Shown: in pieces, positions 47,660 through 47,961 of the stretch
How the letters are laid out: each line of letters starts with the position of its first letter
How positions within the stretch are numbered: position 1 is the first letter of the stretch
Source of the DNA: Octopus bimaculoides
Lineage: Eukaryota
DNA length: 47,961 bases
Direction: 5' to 3'
Assembly (NCBI RefSeq): GCF_001194135.2
Contig: NC_068990.1
Span: 89,288,725-89,336,685, forward strand
Program-made: the position numbers and the translations under genes
The notes under the pieces: generated by a model
The model's database searches: none
Seen by the model: the letters and a program-made list of their open reading frames with translations, nothing else
What the model was told of the DNA's origin: nothing

Positions 47660-47961
47660 TGGTTAGTGAGAGCTGTGCGAGCCATGTACAGAGATGCTGT
47701 CAGTAAGGTGAGGGTTGGAAATGAGTACAGCAATGAATTCCGGGTAGAGGTAGGGGTCCACCAAGGTTCCGTTCTCAGCCCCCTCTTATTTATCATAGTC
47801 CTCCAGGCAATCACAGAGGAGTTCAAGACAGGTTGCTCCTCTATGCTGATGACCTTGCCCTAATTGCGGAGTCACTATCAGAACTAGAGGAGAAATTTCA
47901 GGTGTGGAAGCAAGGTCTAGAATTGAAGGGCCTTAGAGTCAACCCAGCTAAAACCAAAATC
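47660..47961 (+). mobile_element. RTE LINE reverse transcriptase fragment (relatively young), runs off the window edge
   Basis: WLVRAVRAMYRDAVSKVRVGNEYSNEFRVEVGVHQGSVLSPLLFIIVLQAITEEFKTGC, frameshift, then LYADDLALIAESLSELEEKFQVWKQGLELKGLRVNPAKTKI. Confidence 0.92.

Overview
AT-rich, microsatellite- and retroposon-dense eukaryotic genomic DNA from a short-read draft assembly with four N gaps. The repeat families (tRNA-head SINEs, RTE LINEs, GAT/CAT tails) look like those of octopus/coleoid genomes; this taxon call is an inference from recalled repeat sequences. Only one protein-coding region is well supported: a single 690-aa coding exon (25174..27246, +) of a ZNF800-like C2H2 zinc-finger protein, preceded by a strong splice acceptor and carrying an internal duplication of a 76-aa two-finger module. 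Almost all other ORFs in the supplied track are microsatellite, gap or decayed-TE artefacts. The rest of the window holds RTE LINE fragments, several SINE families, a hAT (Charlie/Buster-type) transposase remnant, a CR1/L2-like 3' end and simple repeats. The most unusual non-coding structure is a cluster of long inverted repeats 5-8 kb upstream of the zinc-finger exon: an 84-bp-arm hairpin element, an 829-bp mariner-derived foldback made of two transposon 3' ends with complementary internal deletions, and an unexplained 59-bp-arm hairpin. I found no rRNA, intact tRNA or CRISPR array. I cannot claim a wholly new biological system; the best leads are ranked in the findings. Coordinates of decayed repeats are approximate.
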